64,000 nucleotides of DNA from Microbotryum violaceum (taxonomy: Eukaryota): NCBI GenBank assembly GCA_001244265.2, contig CDLV01000007.1:62001-126000 (forward strand), read 5' to 3'. Of the stretch, positions 15,508 through 28,194 are shown piece by piece. The stretch's first letter is position 1, and the number at the start of each line of letters is the position of its first letter. The position numbers and the translations under genes were made by a program. The notes under the pieces were generated by a model. The model had not been told where the DNA came from. It searched no databases and worked only from the letters and a program-made list of their open reading frames with translations.

Positions 15508-17420
15508 TTAGAACTGATACAAAATCGAACCGTGCCTCAATAACTTTTCCCTCTCCCTCTCCTCTTCCTCACTGGGCACATTGACCGCACCGACTCCGCT
15601 GCTCAAGCCTTCCTTCCTAACCCTCTCCCTCTCCTGCCTTTCAAAATCCTTCCTCCCCCTCTCCATCTTGAACTCTTCCATTTCCCTCTCCCCCTCCCTC
15701 GAACCTCTCCACTCCCTCCGCCTCCCACCATCACCCCTCCTCTGCGCCTCTACAAAAAGACCTCTTAACCTAATCTGAACTTTCTGCCACCTTTCCTCCG
15801 TCAAAGGAACCAATTCGAACGCATTCATTCTCGACGACGACGACGAAGGCGGCCCCAAACTTCTTCCCCCTCCCCCTCCCCCTCCTCCTCCTCCTGCTAC
15901 TCGTTCATTCCTCGTACTCAACCCTAAAGCCAACGTCATAGGTAACCCCATCAATTGTAGTGCTTTATCCTTCTCACTCAAACCGCCCATCCCCATCGAA
16001 CCTAAACCCCCTCCAGCACCCAACCCCATCGAACCTAAACCTAACCCTGCACGCGTATTCTCAATCGGGGAAAAAGAAGAGGGAGAGAAAGAAGAAGCTG
16101 GCGAGTGAGTCGTCGAGTTTGGTATGAGCGACGATGATGGTGTTGATTGAAGTGTTGTCGCGATTAGGTTGGGGGAAGGGAGTAGGTATAAAAAGACTTG
16201 GATGAGCGATTGCGCGATTTCTAGAAATGGATTCGAGGGCGTTTAGTTTTGACTTTGGACTTTGATCCGACCATAGTCGAGTAAAACGAACCAGTATGAT
16301 CCTCAACCTGACCCATCGCCCAACCTTCTCCCAAAACAACCACTTCTTCCCCCTTCTCCACCTCCCACAAAGCCTTAGCCAACCAAACCAAACCCTCCGC
16401 ACAAACCAAAGCAGGCCAACTCAATCCCACCATCGTCCTACCCAAATCAACCCCTAACACAAATACCAATTTCGCGAATCGTTTGTCCGTTCCAAGGGAG
16501 AGACATAATCTCACGATAGCGGTGAATAAATCGGTTTGGGGTAGGTTTTCGGTAATGGTTGGATCGAGTGAACGATGGAGGTTAAAGTTGAAGGAAAGGG
16601 ATTGGAGTAAGAGGCGTTCGATCGCTATCAATCGTGGACGATGAGCTTCGAGTGCCTGTGATTGGAGGTCGAAACAACCAAAAAGGAGATCGTTTTTTAA
16701 GCGAGAGGTTAGGTGTCGTTATGACCCCAGACGCGCCAACTCACTTGGGGGTCCCCTTCGCCTAGACCATTCCCACCTTGAACGATCTGGTTGACTTGCG
16801 ATCCGGCGATTTGAATCTCGCGTAACTTTTTGAGGGTGTCGTGTAACTTGGAAGCGACGAGTAGAGCGGCCAAGCTGACGTCCTGATGAAGGAAGAGGTA
16901 TAAGTGAACTTGTACGCCTAGTAGTACTAGTAGTAGTAGTAGTAGTAGTAGGAAGGTGACGTACCTGATAGGCGAAATCCTTGAGCGGATGATGAAGATG
17001 AAATCTATGCCAACACAATTGAGCAGTCGCGATCGTCCTCCTCGGACTTTTAAAAAAATCGAGCCCGAACGACGATCAGCTTTGGTGCGATTCAAAGAAA
17101 AACGGCGGAGGCAGGTTGCAGAAGACTGACAAGCCCAACCTCATTCCGACCCTCTCTATGAAGCCCATCGCCACCTGTCTCATCTGCTGTATCCTGACCA
17201 AGCTCATCTCCTTCCTTTCCCAACTGCCTTCTCCTACGGGTACGCGCAAGTAGGCTTGCAACTGAATCAGTTGGAGCACTTCGGAGGGGGCATAGTACGG
17301 TCGAAAACGATGGGTTTGGCAGAGGGGGGCCACGGCGGTCGAAGTGGGTACGGGTACGGTTACGGTTACGGGTACAGATGCAGGTGCAGGTGGGCCGGGG
17401 TGGGAAAGGGTGGCTGCCAT
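15508..17420 (-). CDS. RNA pol II CTD-kinase cyclin (CTK2/cyclin K-like)
   Basis: FRPYY...GFIERVGMRLG, IATAQLCWHRFHLHHPLKDF, ALLVASKLHDTLKKLREI, AIERLLLQSLSFNF cyclin box; low-complexity tail. Confidence 0.82.
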
Positions 17421-17691
17421 CGCTGCACGAGTGTGAGGGTCGGGAAAGCAAAGAGGCAGTGAGTGAGTGAGGCTGACCAGGCCGGGCGAGTCGGGCCGGG
17501 CCCATGCTTCGTCTTGCAATCATCACGAATACTAACCGCGAACTGGTCGAGTCTAATCCCGCAATTCGACACGTGGCGCGCTCTCACTCGCTCTCGCCAT
17601 CGCGCTCTCTCCCCCCGGTCGCTGCTCACTCTCGCTACCTCTAATAGCCACCTCAATACGCCCCAACGCACCCTCATCCCCAAGCGCCAGG
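17421..17691. promoter_or_regulatory. Short divergent promoter region shared by the cyclin and eIF2B-alpha genes
   Basis: 271 bp between head-to-head ATGs (17420 minus, 17692 plus). Confidence 0.55.
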
Positions 17692-20419
17692 ATGGGCTCC
17701 CCCCGATCGCCACGCACCCCGTCCTCCCCCCTCGCAGCAGGAAGCGACGGCCCGTACTCGTTCACCTCGTCGACCTCGACCCCGCTCGCAGGAAGCTGCA
17801 GTTCCCTACCGACTCTCCACGAATCAACGACGCTCCCTCCTCGAGAACCGATGGACGTCGTCACTTATTACGCCGATCTGTTGGCGAGCGATGATGTGAG
17901 AGCACACTGACACTACACTGGAGGGGGATCATCCCCGACACGCGCTCATGATCTCGCGAAAAAACTGACAGACTCGCTTTCCCTGCCCTCCTCCCACAGT
18001 CCCTAAGCATGCCCATAGCAGCTATCGAAACCCTAGCCCAACTGATCTCCCAATCCGACACTTCCACCACCACGACCGAGCTCTTCTCCCTCTTGGACCA
18101 AGCCTCGACCCGTCTAGCTCAAGCAAGTTTCAATCCCATCTCCTTGACCTGCGGAACCTCCTTATTCGTAAGTCCGCGCAACCCGTTCACTCGAATTCAA
18201 TCCCTCCTATTTCATCTCAACTCTAAAACCACCTCCATTTCTAATCCCAGCTACGTTTCCTAACCCTCCAACGACCGTCCCCCGATACGTCCTTCCAAGA
18301 ATTCAAAGCCGAACTCGTCGCCCGCGCACGTGAATTTGTTCACGAATCAGGTCGGTGTCGTCAATTGATTTCTAGCGGTATGAATGAGTTCGTTAGAGAT
18401 GGCGCGGTGAGGGTTTTTTTTTTTTTTTTTTTTTTTTGATGCAAGGGAATGAAGATGGGGTCTAGCTACATGGGAGTACTGATCATATCGTGGGGTGGGC
18501 TTTTGTCATGCGGGGTATGGTCGCGCAGAATATTCTGATTCACAGCTACAGTGTAAGCTTTGATCGTGCATCAGCTGTACGCCTGTACCAATATTTAAGC
18601 CTCTAATATTACTCTTTACAGCGAGTCGTCGTCCAAGCCCTACTCCACGCCGCGCAACAACAAAAAAACTGCTTCCAAGTTTACGTCACCGAGTCAAGGC
18701 CCGTAAGTCCCGCCGCCCCTCTCTCTTCCAACATTCCCATTCCTCAAAACCACTGAAACAAAAACACCCCTCCCTTACTCATCTTTCCCAAAAACAAAAA
18801 AGTTCGGCCTCGGATTAAAAACGCAAGCGATCCTCTCGAGAGCCGGAATTCCCTGTATCGTCGTACTCGATTCGAGCGTGGCGTACATCATGCCCAAGTG
18901 CGATTTGGTCATCGTAGGCGCCGAGGCGGTGTAAGTGCCCCCCACCTTTTTTTTGGTAGTGGTGTGAGAAGAGCGTAACAAAGTTAGAGAACTGATTGTT
19001 TCTTTATTCTGGTGGACTTGTGGTGCGCAGTTGCGAGAGTGGTGGATTGGTCAATTTCGTACGTCAGAGTAGCAGGAGCAGGAGGAGGGGGGGGGGGGGG
19101 AACGGCTCGATGACTCCTATCCCCATTTCCATCAACAAGAAGATACCTCCGCACTGACCTCATACGAAAAAATACTTCCTCTCCTTACAGATCGGGGGCT
19201 ACCAAGTTGCCGTCGTCGCTAAAGCCATGGGAAAGCCCTTATACGGTAAGTAGTCACCTCACAACCCAAAAACTCATCTCAGATCCCACGATTCTACCTA
19301 TCCATCATCGAACACTTCGTCACGAACGATACTCGGTCCCCCTTCATATAATACACCTTCTCTCCTTCTAATACCCCGCAAAGTCTCGATGCGTTCTCGA
19401 ACGCTGTCATCGGAGTAAGACAGGCTCCTTCCGAACGTCCCACGCGCGCGCGCGGGTCACCGTCCCGAATGGGAAGGCGAGGACCGGTGCGCACGTGTGT
19501 GTCAGGCTGCCTTCTTCGTCGGTACGGGGGTTTGTGAAAAGGGGCGCGATGATAAGGGGGGCTGATGCATCGGGCGCCGTGTTGGTGATGGGAGCCGTGT
19601 GACTGACTGTTGAAACTTCTTATCAATGATTATCCCCTTGCGCACCCGACTTTCGACCCTTCTTCGCTGTTCGAAACCCGATCCCGATTTCGAACCCCAC
19701 AGCCCTCGCCGAATCCTTCAAATTCACTCGCCTATTGTAAGCCCATTTTGTTCATTTTATCACGGTCTCCTTTCCAACTCGTCTAACCTTACCCCATCTG
19801 ACCCCCCCGCCCCCTCCCTCTCCCCTCTCCCACAGCCCCTTGTCGCAATACGACCTCCCAACAAGTTTACCGAACCCACCGCTCACGTTCCCCGACCTTA
19901 CGAACACCTCCTCATCCATACCGGACGCACGTGAATCCACCACCACCACAACGACAGCCTCGGACTCCACACTCGACCCCTCCTCCCCCTCCCCCTTCTC
20001 CGAAGCAACAAGTTCCTCGACGCCACCCCCTCCCACTCCTTCACGACCCATGATCAACAGCGCGATACCCCAAGCTCTAGAAATGACTGACCAAATGATA
20101 AGGAACAACCCTACATTAGATTATACGACTCCAGATTTAGTACGTTCCCTCCTTTTTTCAACCTTTTAAAAATCCAAAGCAAACTCGTGCGGTATTTTTT
20201 GACCTCAACTCATACCTTTCTTTAGATCACTTTAATCATCTCGGATTTAGGATGCTTGACACCTTCTGTAAGTTTTGATTCATTCGTTTCCTATAAGGTT
20301 CCAAATCGTGTGAGATCGATCATTAACGAATACTCTCTCTTTTCGATGTTGTAAATTAAAAATAAAAATGAATGCAGGGCGTTTCGGATGCGTTATTGTC
20401 GATCTTTGGAGGGACGTAA
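17692..20419 (+). CDS. GCN3: Translation initiation factor eIF2B subunit alpha (many short exons)
   Basis: SMPIAAIETL, NPISLTCGTSLF, ILIHSYS, VYVTESRP, VIVGAEAV, ESGGLVNF/IGGYQVAVVAKAMGKPLYALAESFKF, LDYTTPDL, ISDLGCLTPSGVSD. Confidence 0.92.
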
Positions 20420-20873
20420 ATAGGGTTTCACATCTATAGCTGAACGCCAGTGTTTAGGGGGGTAGAGGGTTGAACCTTCCCTGCAACTTATGATCGTACT
20501 TATGATCGTACTTGCAATTGCGTCGAGTTCGTTCCCCCACCCCTTCCCCCCCCCCCCCCGAGTCTGCCACTTAAACCCCCTTTTAGTCGACCATGAAAAA
20601 TCTTGTCAAAGCTTCTCTCGCACAGAGGTACCAAATCGACCCCCCCCCCCCCCACCCCAAAGCCTCGTTTCCGATCCCTCCACCACGAAACAACTAATCA
20701 AAAAGTCATCTCATACGTATTCTGGCTCGAATTAGTACGCTCGTCAACTCGTTAAACGCGGAATCCCCCCCCCCTCACCAACGCACACGAAAAGTCAACG
20801 AAGCCCCCCCAAATGTTTTCGAGTGAGTATTAGTAAGTGTCTGCTGAACATGCGGACGTGCGGACGTGCGGAC

Positions 20874-20952
20874 GCATAGCAAAACCCCCCTGAAATGGGA
20901 CGAATGGGACGATCCCGGGATGATACAGGTTATTTATTTTTTTTGCTATGCG
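20874..20952. mobile_element. Tiny MITE-like element with 12-bp terminal inverted repeats
   Basis: CGCATAGCAAAA...TTTTGCTATGCG; internal CCCCCCTGAAATGGGACGA/ATGGGACGATCCCGGGAT motif recurs near 37130. Confidence 0.5.
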
Positions 20953-21754
20953 GCGGACGGCGGACGGCGGACGGTGACCGCACATGGTGGCAAGCGGGTG
21001 CCTTACGGGGAATGCGTCGTTTATTTGGTCGATTGGTCCTTCCCTAAACGTTGAAACGCCGGGCCCACCGAACCTCAAAAAGCAAAAAGGGGGTAGAAGA
21101 AGAAGAAGAAGAAGAAAGCAGCCACCCCAGCTCACCAGCTCACTGCACGCGCTCACTAAACGGCTTAATGCCAATAATGCCACCCCGAAGCTAATAATGC
21201 TCTTGTCATAAGGCGAGAGACTCGGGATTTAAAAACTCCCTTGGCGGTTCAAGTTGGATCCTCCTCTTCCCCCAAGGTACACTTCACTGCACTTCCTGAC
21301 CGTGACATTTTTTTTTTTTTTTTGAACAAGCCAGGACTTTTATGATCGATTGCTAAAAATGCTAAGGAATCCGGAGAAGACGAAAAGCTGACTTGGGGGA
21401 AAAGGGGGGAGACGGGATCTACGACAAAAAGACATGGGAAAATAGTAGAACTCGGTTCGATTGAAAACAAATCGGGGCAGGCGTGTCGAAAACGCGGGCG
21501 GCCACAACGGTGAGCTTGAACGGATTGATCGACGGTACAAATCGACGGCCAGCGTTCGAGGGGACAGCCAAGTCGGACGTCTGTTCACTCATATGCCTTT
21601 CGGGCTAGGCTAGCATCCTTTGGCGGCTAACCCAATTGCAAGTGGAGGGAGCTTAATCAGCGACGATACAATGGTGTGCATGCCCCGCATGACAGTTTAC
21701 GTGGTGTGTAAGCCGTGTGGCTGTGCTATCAACCGGACTCACTGAGGGGATTGC

Positions 21755-22284
21755 CTATGCCGTCGTATCGCAAGCCATCCCTATAGTACCCAAAGCACTC
21801 CTTGCAGCGATTTTGCCTGTCTTTGGCGATGTCGTGCCCCCATAATTTGTGGTTCACTGCGAGACGCCGGATTAGACAGTGCGTAAGCTACTTGAAGACC
21901 ACTAACATCACATGTCGATTTCAGGGAAGCGACCGACCGTTATTGAGGCAGCCGTCGTAATATGAGTACCATTGGTCATTTGCACAAAGGCACTGAGCGT
22001 CGTACTGGTCCTGCTTATAGGTCCAATCACTAAGCCCCTGACTAAGTTCTGTACAGTTTGGCTGCTCGGCGGCCAAAGCCAAGGCGGTCAGTGGAGTCAG
22101 TCCAAATGACAAGTGTGCTCGGAAGGACCGCCAGGAGAACGCCAGCACGCACGAGGCCCTTGATGAGAGAAGGGGCCTTCTGGTCGGCATAAGTTTTACA
22201 ATCTGCGTCGAAGCTTGCTCGCGCTGAGAGGAACTGGATCGCGAGCCCGACTGCGATGAGTGCAAGCAGGTGGAAGGGGACCAT
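21755..22284 (-). CDS. Small secreted cysteine-rich protein (~118 aa, 3 exons), candidate effector
   Basis: Signal-like MVPFHLLALIAVGLAIQFLSARA; two GT-AG introns with branch-like sites give a product with 6 Cys including CLC. Third exon phase is inferred. Confidence 0.7.
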
Positions 22285-23679
22285 GTTTCGTGCGTTGGCT
22301 TGGAGGTTCAAGTGGGACTTTGATGGGTGGAGATTAAGTTATGAGAGCACACAGGAAAAGGAAGGAAACAGAAGAGCGTGGAGCGCGGTGGCACGGATTC
22401 AGGCTGACCAAAATTGATTTTGAGCACGCCAGCTGGACAACAGGGGAAGAGGGCTAATTCGATCTGGACGTCGCCCGGGCCGGGTTTTGCCACGTTCAAG
22501 GGGGCTGGCGACTCTGTTTTAGAGCAGGCACCTAGGGTCGTTGTGATCGCACCGATCGACCGTTCGGAGCTTCCAGTATTAAATATCCGTCGATCCTAGG
22601 CAGTGTCGCTGGGTCGGGCGGGTGATGCACAGACCTAGTAAATCAGACGATAAACAGCTCTGCCTTGAGACAGTGCCTTGAGACAGTTCCGGCGGCATAT
22701 GTGGCAGGTGACACAGAGGAATTCCACTGATTTTTATAAAGATCTCAAGCATCTGATCAGATGCCGAGGTTGGCGTCCGTTGGACCGCTGGGTTCGAGCG
22801 GGGAATTTTCCTCGCACCTACAGCCCTGGCGGCGTCGACCCCTTTAGCCGCGACCATTTCCGAGACACCGAGACGCTCGAGTCTCGTCCGAGTCTCACCT
22901 GAGCGTATCTGACCTAGGTCTTCAAAATGCTTGCTCCACCTACCGTCTTGGACGATTAGACCGATTTTGCAATGGATTGAGAAGAAAACCTCCTGAAACT
23001 ATTCCCACCCAGCGTAGTTTCACTAGCGCCTGGGCCTCGGGCGGACGGACCCTTTTTCTCATACTAGGTTCGGCGGCGGGCGGAACACCTCACCACCGAA
23101 ACCGTTGACCCGGTGCAATGTGACGTACTTTGCTGCAACAGCTGCGGGACTGTTCAGTAACGGAAACCGAGTGGTTGAAGCTGGGAGAGGAGCGCGGGAG
23201 GACGATCAAATGTACAGAGCCTTCATATCATCACTGAACTACTTTTTGTTCTCTGGGAGCCCGATGATGGGCTCAGACCCGTCATCGAGACTCGCGTCGA
23301 GTGTGGACCTTTTCACGGGTGTCGCAAGCTTGACTTGCGAGCTGCCACGGGACGGTGAGCCGCAATTCACGGAACCAGAGGCCTATTTTCTGCGTGATTC
23401 GTTTGTTACAAACTATCGGTATTCTTGATGTTATTCATCTGTAGCGATGGCAGTGAAGACCCACATTTAGTGTCCCATGAACCCGGACTCTCAGTGGTAC
23501 AAAGTCAATCCTTCCGCCTGTACTTTCCCGTGGCCTTTGACGTCTTGACGTCCACGCACTGCTGTAAGGCGCCGCTCCGCTTACGCCTCACAACGACCTC
23601 GAGCGAACCCTGCGGCCTCACGCTTGCCCTCGCGCGCGGCGCCGGGACCCTCGTTGTGCAAGTAGGGCGTCCGCATCGA

Positions 23680-26400
23680 AATGGAAGAAGGCCGCTGCGA
23701 GTTCAGCAAGGACGGCAAGACGTTCGCGATCGCTCAACTAGTCGGATCAAAATACATCTTCCAGGCTCGTCTATCTACTCCCAACTCCACCGAGGCACAA
23801 TCGCTGACGGTCTCCGTACGTTCCAACTCCGCAGATCGCGAAATTTGGCATCAACAATTCGGTCATCTGAATATGCCTTATCTGCTGGAGATGGAACGAA
23901 AGGAGACTGTTATGGGGTTGAGCATCAAGGGAGAAGATTTTGACGTAGCAAAATGACATGGTTGCATGCAAGGAAGAGGTGTTCACGCCAATATCTCGAA
24001 AGGTCCGGCTTCCCGCGCCGATAAACCACTCCACGCCATTCACGCCGATCTCTGTGGTCCGGTGCGCCTCGAGAGTTTCGCCGGCGAGGTCATGGTTTTG
24101 GGCCTGGTCGACGACTACTCGCGCTTCCGATGGAGTTTTCCGATCGGAAAGAAGTCCAGCGTCACTGCTCTCGTCGTTGAGTTCATTCAGCGAGTCGAGC
24201 GAAGTCGCGACTGCAACGTGGCAATATTCCACTCCGACAATGGCGGAGAGTTCGTCAACAACTCGCTGAATGCATTCTTTCGGGAGCGGGGCATCGAGCA
24301 CAGGACCACAGTTCCTTACGCCCACTATCAGAACGGCGTCATTGAACGAGGATGGCGCACTATGTTCGAGACGGTGCGGATCTGGCTCCTGGTCTCAGGG
24401 TTACCTTTGTCCTTCTGGACCTTCGCAGCGAACGCATTTACCTATGTGAGCAATCGTCGATCTACCGCCGCGTTACCCGGTTCGACACCCTTCAAAATGT
24501 ACCACCTTCGCAAGCCTAATGTCTCGCGTATTCGCGTATGGGGTTGCGTGGCGTACGTCCGGATCGCGCCAGAACGTCGTGCCTCGAAGATTGAACCGCC
24601 AAGAGTCAAGGCTCGTTTCATTGGCTACGCGGAGCAGGGATGGATGTTCTGGCGACCCGACACCAACACTGTGTTCGTATCGGATGACGCGAACTTCGAC
24701 GAGAGCTCATTCGAACTTCACCGGGGGGATTCGGACGAGGCTGATCTTCGCGAGGATTCGCCAACTAGTCGAACAAGATTTTGCTCTCGACGGGGCCGGT
24801 CGAGCTCAGGCTCCTGGCACCGACGATCGAGCGACGGCTCCTATTTCTGCCCGTAGAGCGTTGGCTCCGGGTGGCGACAGTCGAGATAACACCCCTCCTC
24901 CGGTCGGTCGAGCAAAGGCTCCTGATCGTGAGTACACTCCCGCTGCGCCTGGTCGCGAGCGCGTTCCAGGCGACGGCGGTAGAGTTCAACACAGCAATGG
25001 TCAAGAGCTTGGTCCCATTGTTCCCACCCGTCGAGCACCGGCTCCTGTTGTTCCCAACGGTCGAGCGCCAGCTCCTGTTGCTGGCGACGGTGAAACACCG
25101 CCTCCCGTCGCCTCCCGTCGCCCGTCTCCTTTTCTTGACGACGATGCTGACAACCACCCACCTGATCCGAATCAGATTCCTGATGGCTACGAACCGGTGG
25201 TACCTACGACGGAGCGGACCTCCGAGTTAGCCGAACGCTGGGGTGCTCTTGCAGGGTCCCGCCGTCGAGGGTGGGCAGAGCAGCAAGCAATGTTCCTCGA
25301 CATGGGGACCATCTTGGGAGACGTGATTCCCCTGAACGAGCTTCCAGAATGGGAACAAGTCCTCAACGTCGTCGTCAACCTCGAAGAGTGCAACGGTTGG
25401 ACCAACCTTTCGTCGATCGTTCAAGGATCCACCGAGGGCATCAGCGGAATCGAGGAACTTGAAGCGTACCAGGTCTGGACCGGAAGTCCCGACGAGCCGA
25501 CATACAAGCAGGCGATGGCCGGCGAGGATCGCGAGGATTGGTCCATTTCCCTCATGACCGAGTACTCGATTCTGAACGGCATGAACACATGGGACAAAGA
25601 GGCCACCGATCCGCCGCCAGAGGTTCGAGCAATCCCAACGAAGGTCGTCCTCACCCGCAAGCGGAATGACAAAGGTGACATCATCAAGTACAAGGCAAGG
25701 ATCGTCGCACGGGGAGATCTCCAGAACCATCACGGGGAAACATTCCCACCGACAGCTCGAATCGCCTCCATCCGGATGATCAACGTCATAGCTCACGTCA
25801 AAGGGTATCGGCGGCTTCAGTTCGACGTCAACAGCGCATACCTTCACGGCCACATCACCGAACCACTATGGATCAAGCTGCCGGACGGTTCCACCCATCG
25901 ACTGCGCAAATCCCTGTATGGTCTCAAGCAGTCGGGTCGTGAGTGGAACAAGGCCTTGCATGCTGCGCTCGTCGATCGCGGCTTCAAGCGAATGGAGGAG
26001 GATTTTGGGGTCTACCGAAGGGTTCGCAACATCGGGGGCGTCGATCGCACGACTCCTTGGCCATCTACGTTGACGACGGTCTTCTCGCCGGGGACAACGA
26101 TCTCGAAGGGTTCCTCAGCGAGTTCGACCAACAATTCAAACTCAAGCGAGGCGAGGTCGAGTTATTCCTGGGGATGAAGATTGCCACCGACGACGCATCG
26201 GGGATCATGACCATTGACCACTTCCACCAGATCGAGACCATCCTGAACAATCACGGGTTTGCGAACGCTTCCGCGGTGGCAACCCCAACCTCCGACAGCG
26301 ATCAGCACTCAGATGGAGGTACTGCTCATCTCAAGCTCAACTATCGCCAGGTTGTTGGTGAGCTCCTCTGGGTCTCAGGATGCACAAGGCCCCCGATATC
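23680..26400 (+). mobile_element. Truncated Ty1/Copia pol (GAG-pre-integrase, integrase, RT), no LTRs found
   Basis: WHQQFGHLN; HADLCGP, VDDYSRF, SDNGGEF, QNGVIER; KYKARIVARG, QFDVNSAYLHG, LRKSLYGLKQSGREW, IYVDD; stops before RNase H. Confidence 0.95.
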
Positions 26401-27693
26401 AGTGCAAGGTCTACTAACACCTTCAACAATCTCGTGCCTTTCAACTGCCTTGACATGACTGCGCATACGTCCCCCACCCTCAAAATGGTGTGTGCGTACA
26501 GCTCAGCATGCCCGTCAATGTTTACAGGTAGCGGCGTAGCGTAATACTTTGCTACTTTTCGGCAATTGAAGCTTCCTTCGCGAGCGTTGTTGTAGAACAT
26601 GTGGTATTTGTTCGGATCCGTGTCGTTGTCCCAGGCAGGCTACGCTGGGTGCCCCCACCCCCCCCCCCTTTCGGGAAAAGGGTCACCTCCTGTCACTGAC
26701 GTCCAACGTCGGTTTTTCATATCAATCTCCGTCTTACCTAAGACTGCACAGCCATGTCAAGTGATAACTCACGCATAGAGTGTCACCAGCTGATGAGGTA
26801 AAAAAACAACTCGAGGGTTGACATTCAAAGAAGACGTATTGAAGGGAATTGCCGCTGGGTGGTTTTCCATTAGCTCCTCAACAATCCCACACCAAGAGAA
26901 CAGCTCGTGAAGTTACTTACTCGAATCCGTAGCTATGCTGCATGCGGTAGCCATTTCCTGAGAGAATTTGTCCCGCCTGTACGCTCTCTACCCTCTCCTG
27001 GATCGCCCTAGTCGCCGGCACCAAACTGACGCAGGAATCGTACTAGCTATCTCCCGCGGAGTTTCCTGGAAGCTCGTTCAATTGTATTGACGCCCGCGCT
27101 ACGCCTGGCAAAGTTATGCTACGCCGTACCTCTGTCATAGTTGTCCCACATTTTTTATCATCCCCGATCGCTACGCCTCGCAAAGCAATCCCTCTTCTTG
27201 AGCTTCCCGCCCGCTTTCCCTTCCCTATTTACACTCTCACGTCTATAGTTTACTTTGATAATTTACTTTGACCAGTGAAATCCCGTTGAACTAACGGGCA
27301 TATGATTTCAAATAGCAGGAGAATTGAACGGTATAATGACGAAAGACAACAGAGAAACTATTTTCTCATCGCGGCCAAGACTTTCGCCTTGAATGAGTGT
27401 CACAAAATTTGATGAGTGTAGGAGGGAAAAAGAAAAAGTTAGAGGGAGTGGCGCGGGTTTGTTCACAGGGTGTGACTTGTTATTCAGCACCTGATGCCGC
27501 TGCTCGGCTGCCGGACTGACACTGACACCGCTGGCGCGCCGCATCACGTGACTGACATCGACAGACGCCAGCCCTTGCCCCGCCTGTCAGGCGGAGCTCT
27601 GCTGTAGAAGCAATGTCCTACAAATCCACGCTAAATAGAATATGGGTTTAAGCACTGTTATACGTCAATAAAAAAGGAAGAAGAAAAATCCTA

Positions 27694-28194
27694 GGAGCGT
27701 TGTAGCTTCGTTGGAACGGCGCGAAAAATACAAAAGTCACCACAGAGCTTGTACATGACTTCTGATCGGAACATGAGCACCATAGGTAGGTGCGGCAGAC
27801 AAACCAGTATGCTGGTACATCTACCAAAGGCGGCCCGGAACTCAGAAACAGCGATTTTAGGTACATTCCTTACCTCACATTTTTTTTATAGAGGTAGTAT
27901 ATACCTCTCTGTAGTAACCGAGTTGTTACTTACGAGGGAGCGCTGTAGCTTCGTTGGAACGGCGCGGAAAATACAAAAGTCACCACAGGGCTTGTACATG
28001 ACTTCTGATCGGAACCCCGACACCACAGGCAGGTGCGGCAGACACAACAGTATGCTGGTACATCCACCACAGGCGGCCCTCCGGGCCGCAACCTAGTTAG
28101 AAACGGCGATTTTAGGTACATCCCTTAACTCACCTTTTTATATATATAGAGGTAGTAAAATACCTCTCTGTAGTGACCGAGTTGTTACTTACGA
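27694..28194. repeat. Diverged tandem duplication of a ~240-260 bp non-coding unit (27694-27935, 27937-28194)
   Basis: Both begin GGAGCG(T/C)TGTAGCTTCGTTGGAACGGCGCG and end CCGAGTTGTTACTTACGA; each contains the hairpin AGAGGTA-N5-TACCTCT. Confidence 0.9.

Noticed and set aside
24790..25090. GRA.AP-type peptide repeats (and similar PA.RPA repeats at ~50620-50760)
   Set aside because: Ordinary low-complexity integrase-RT linkers of Copia elements.
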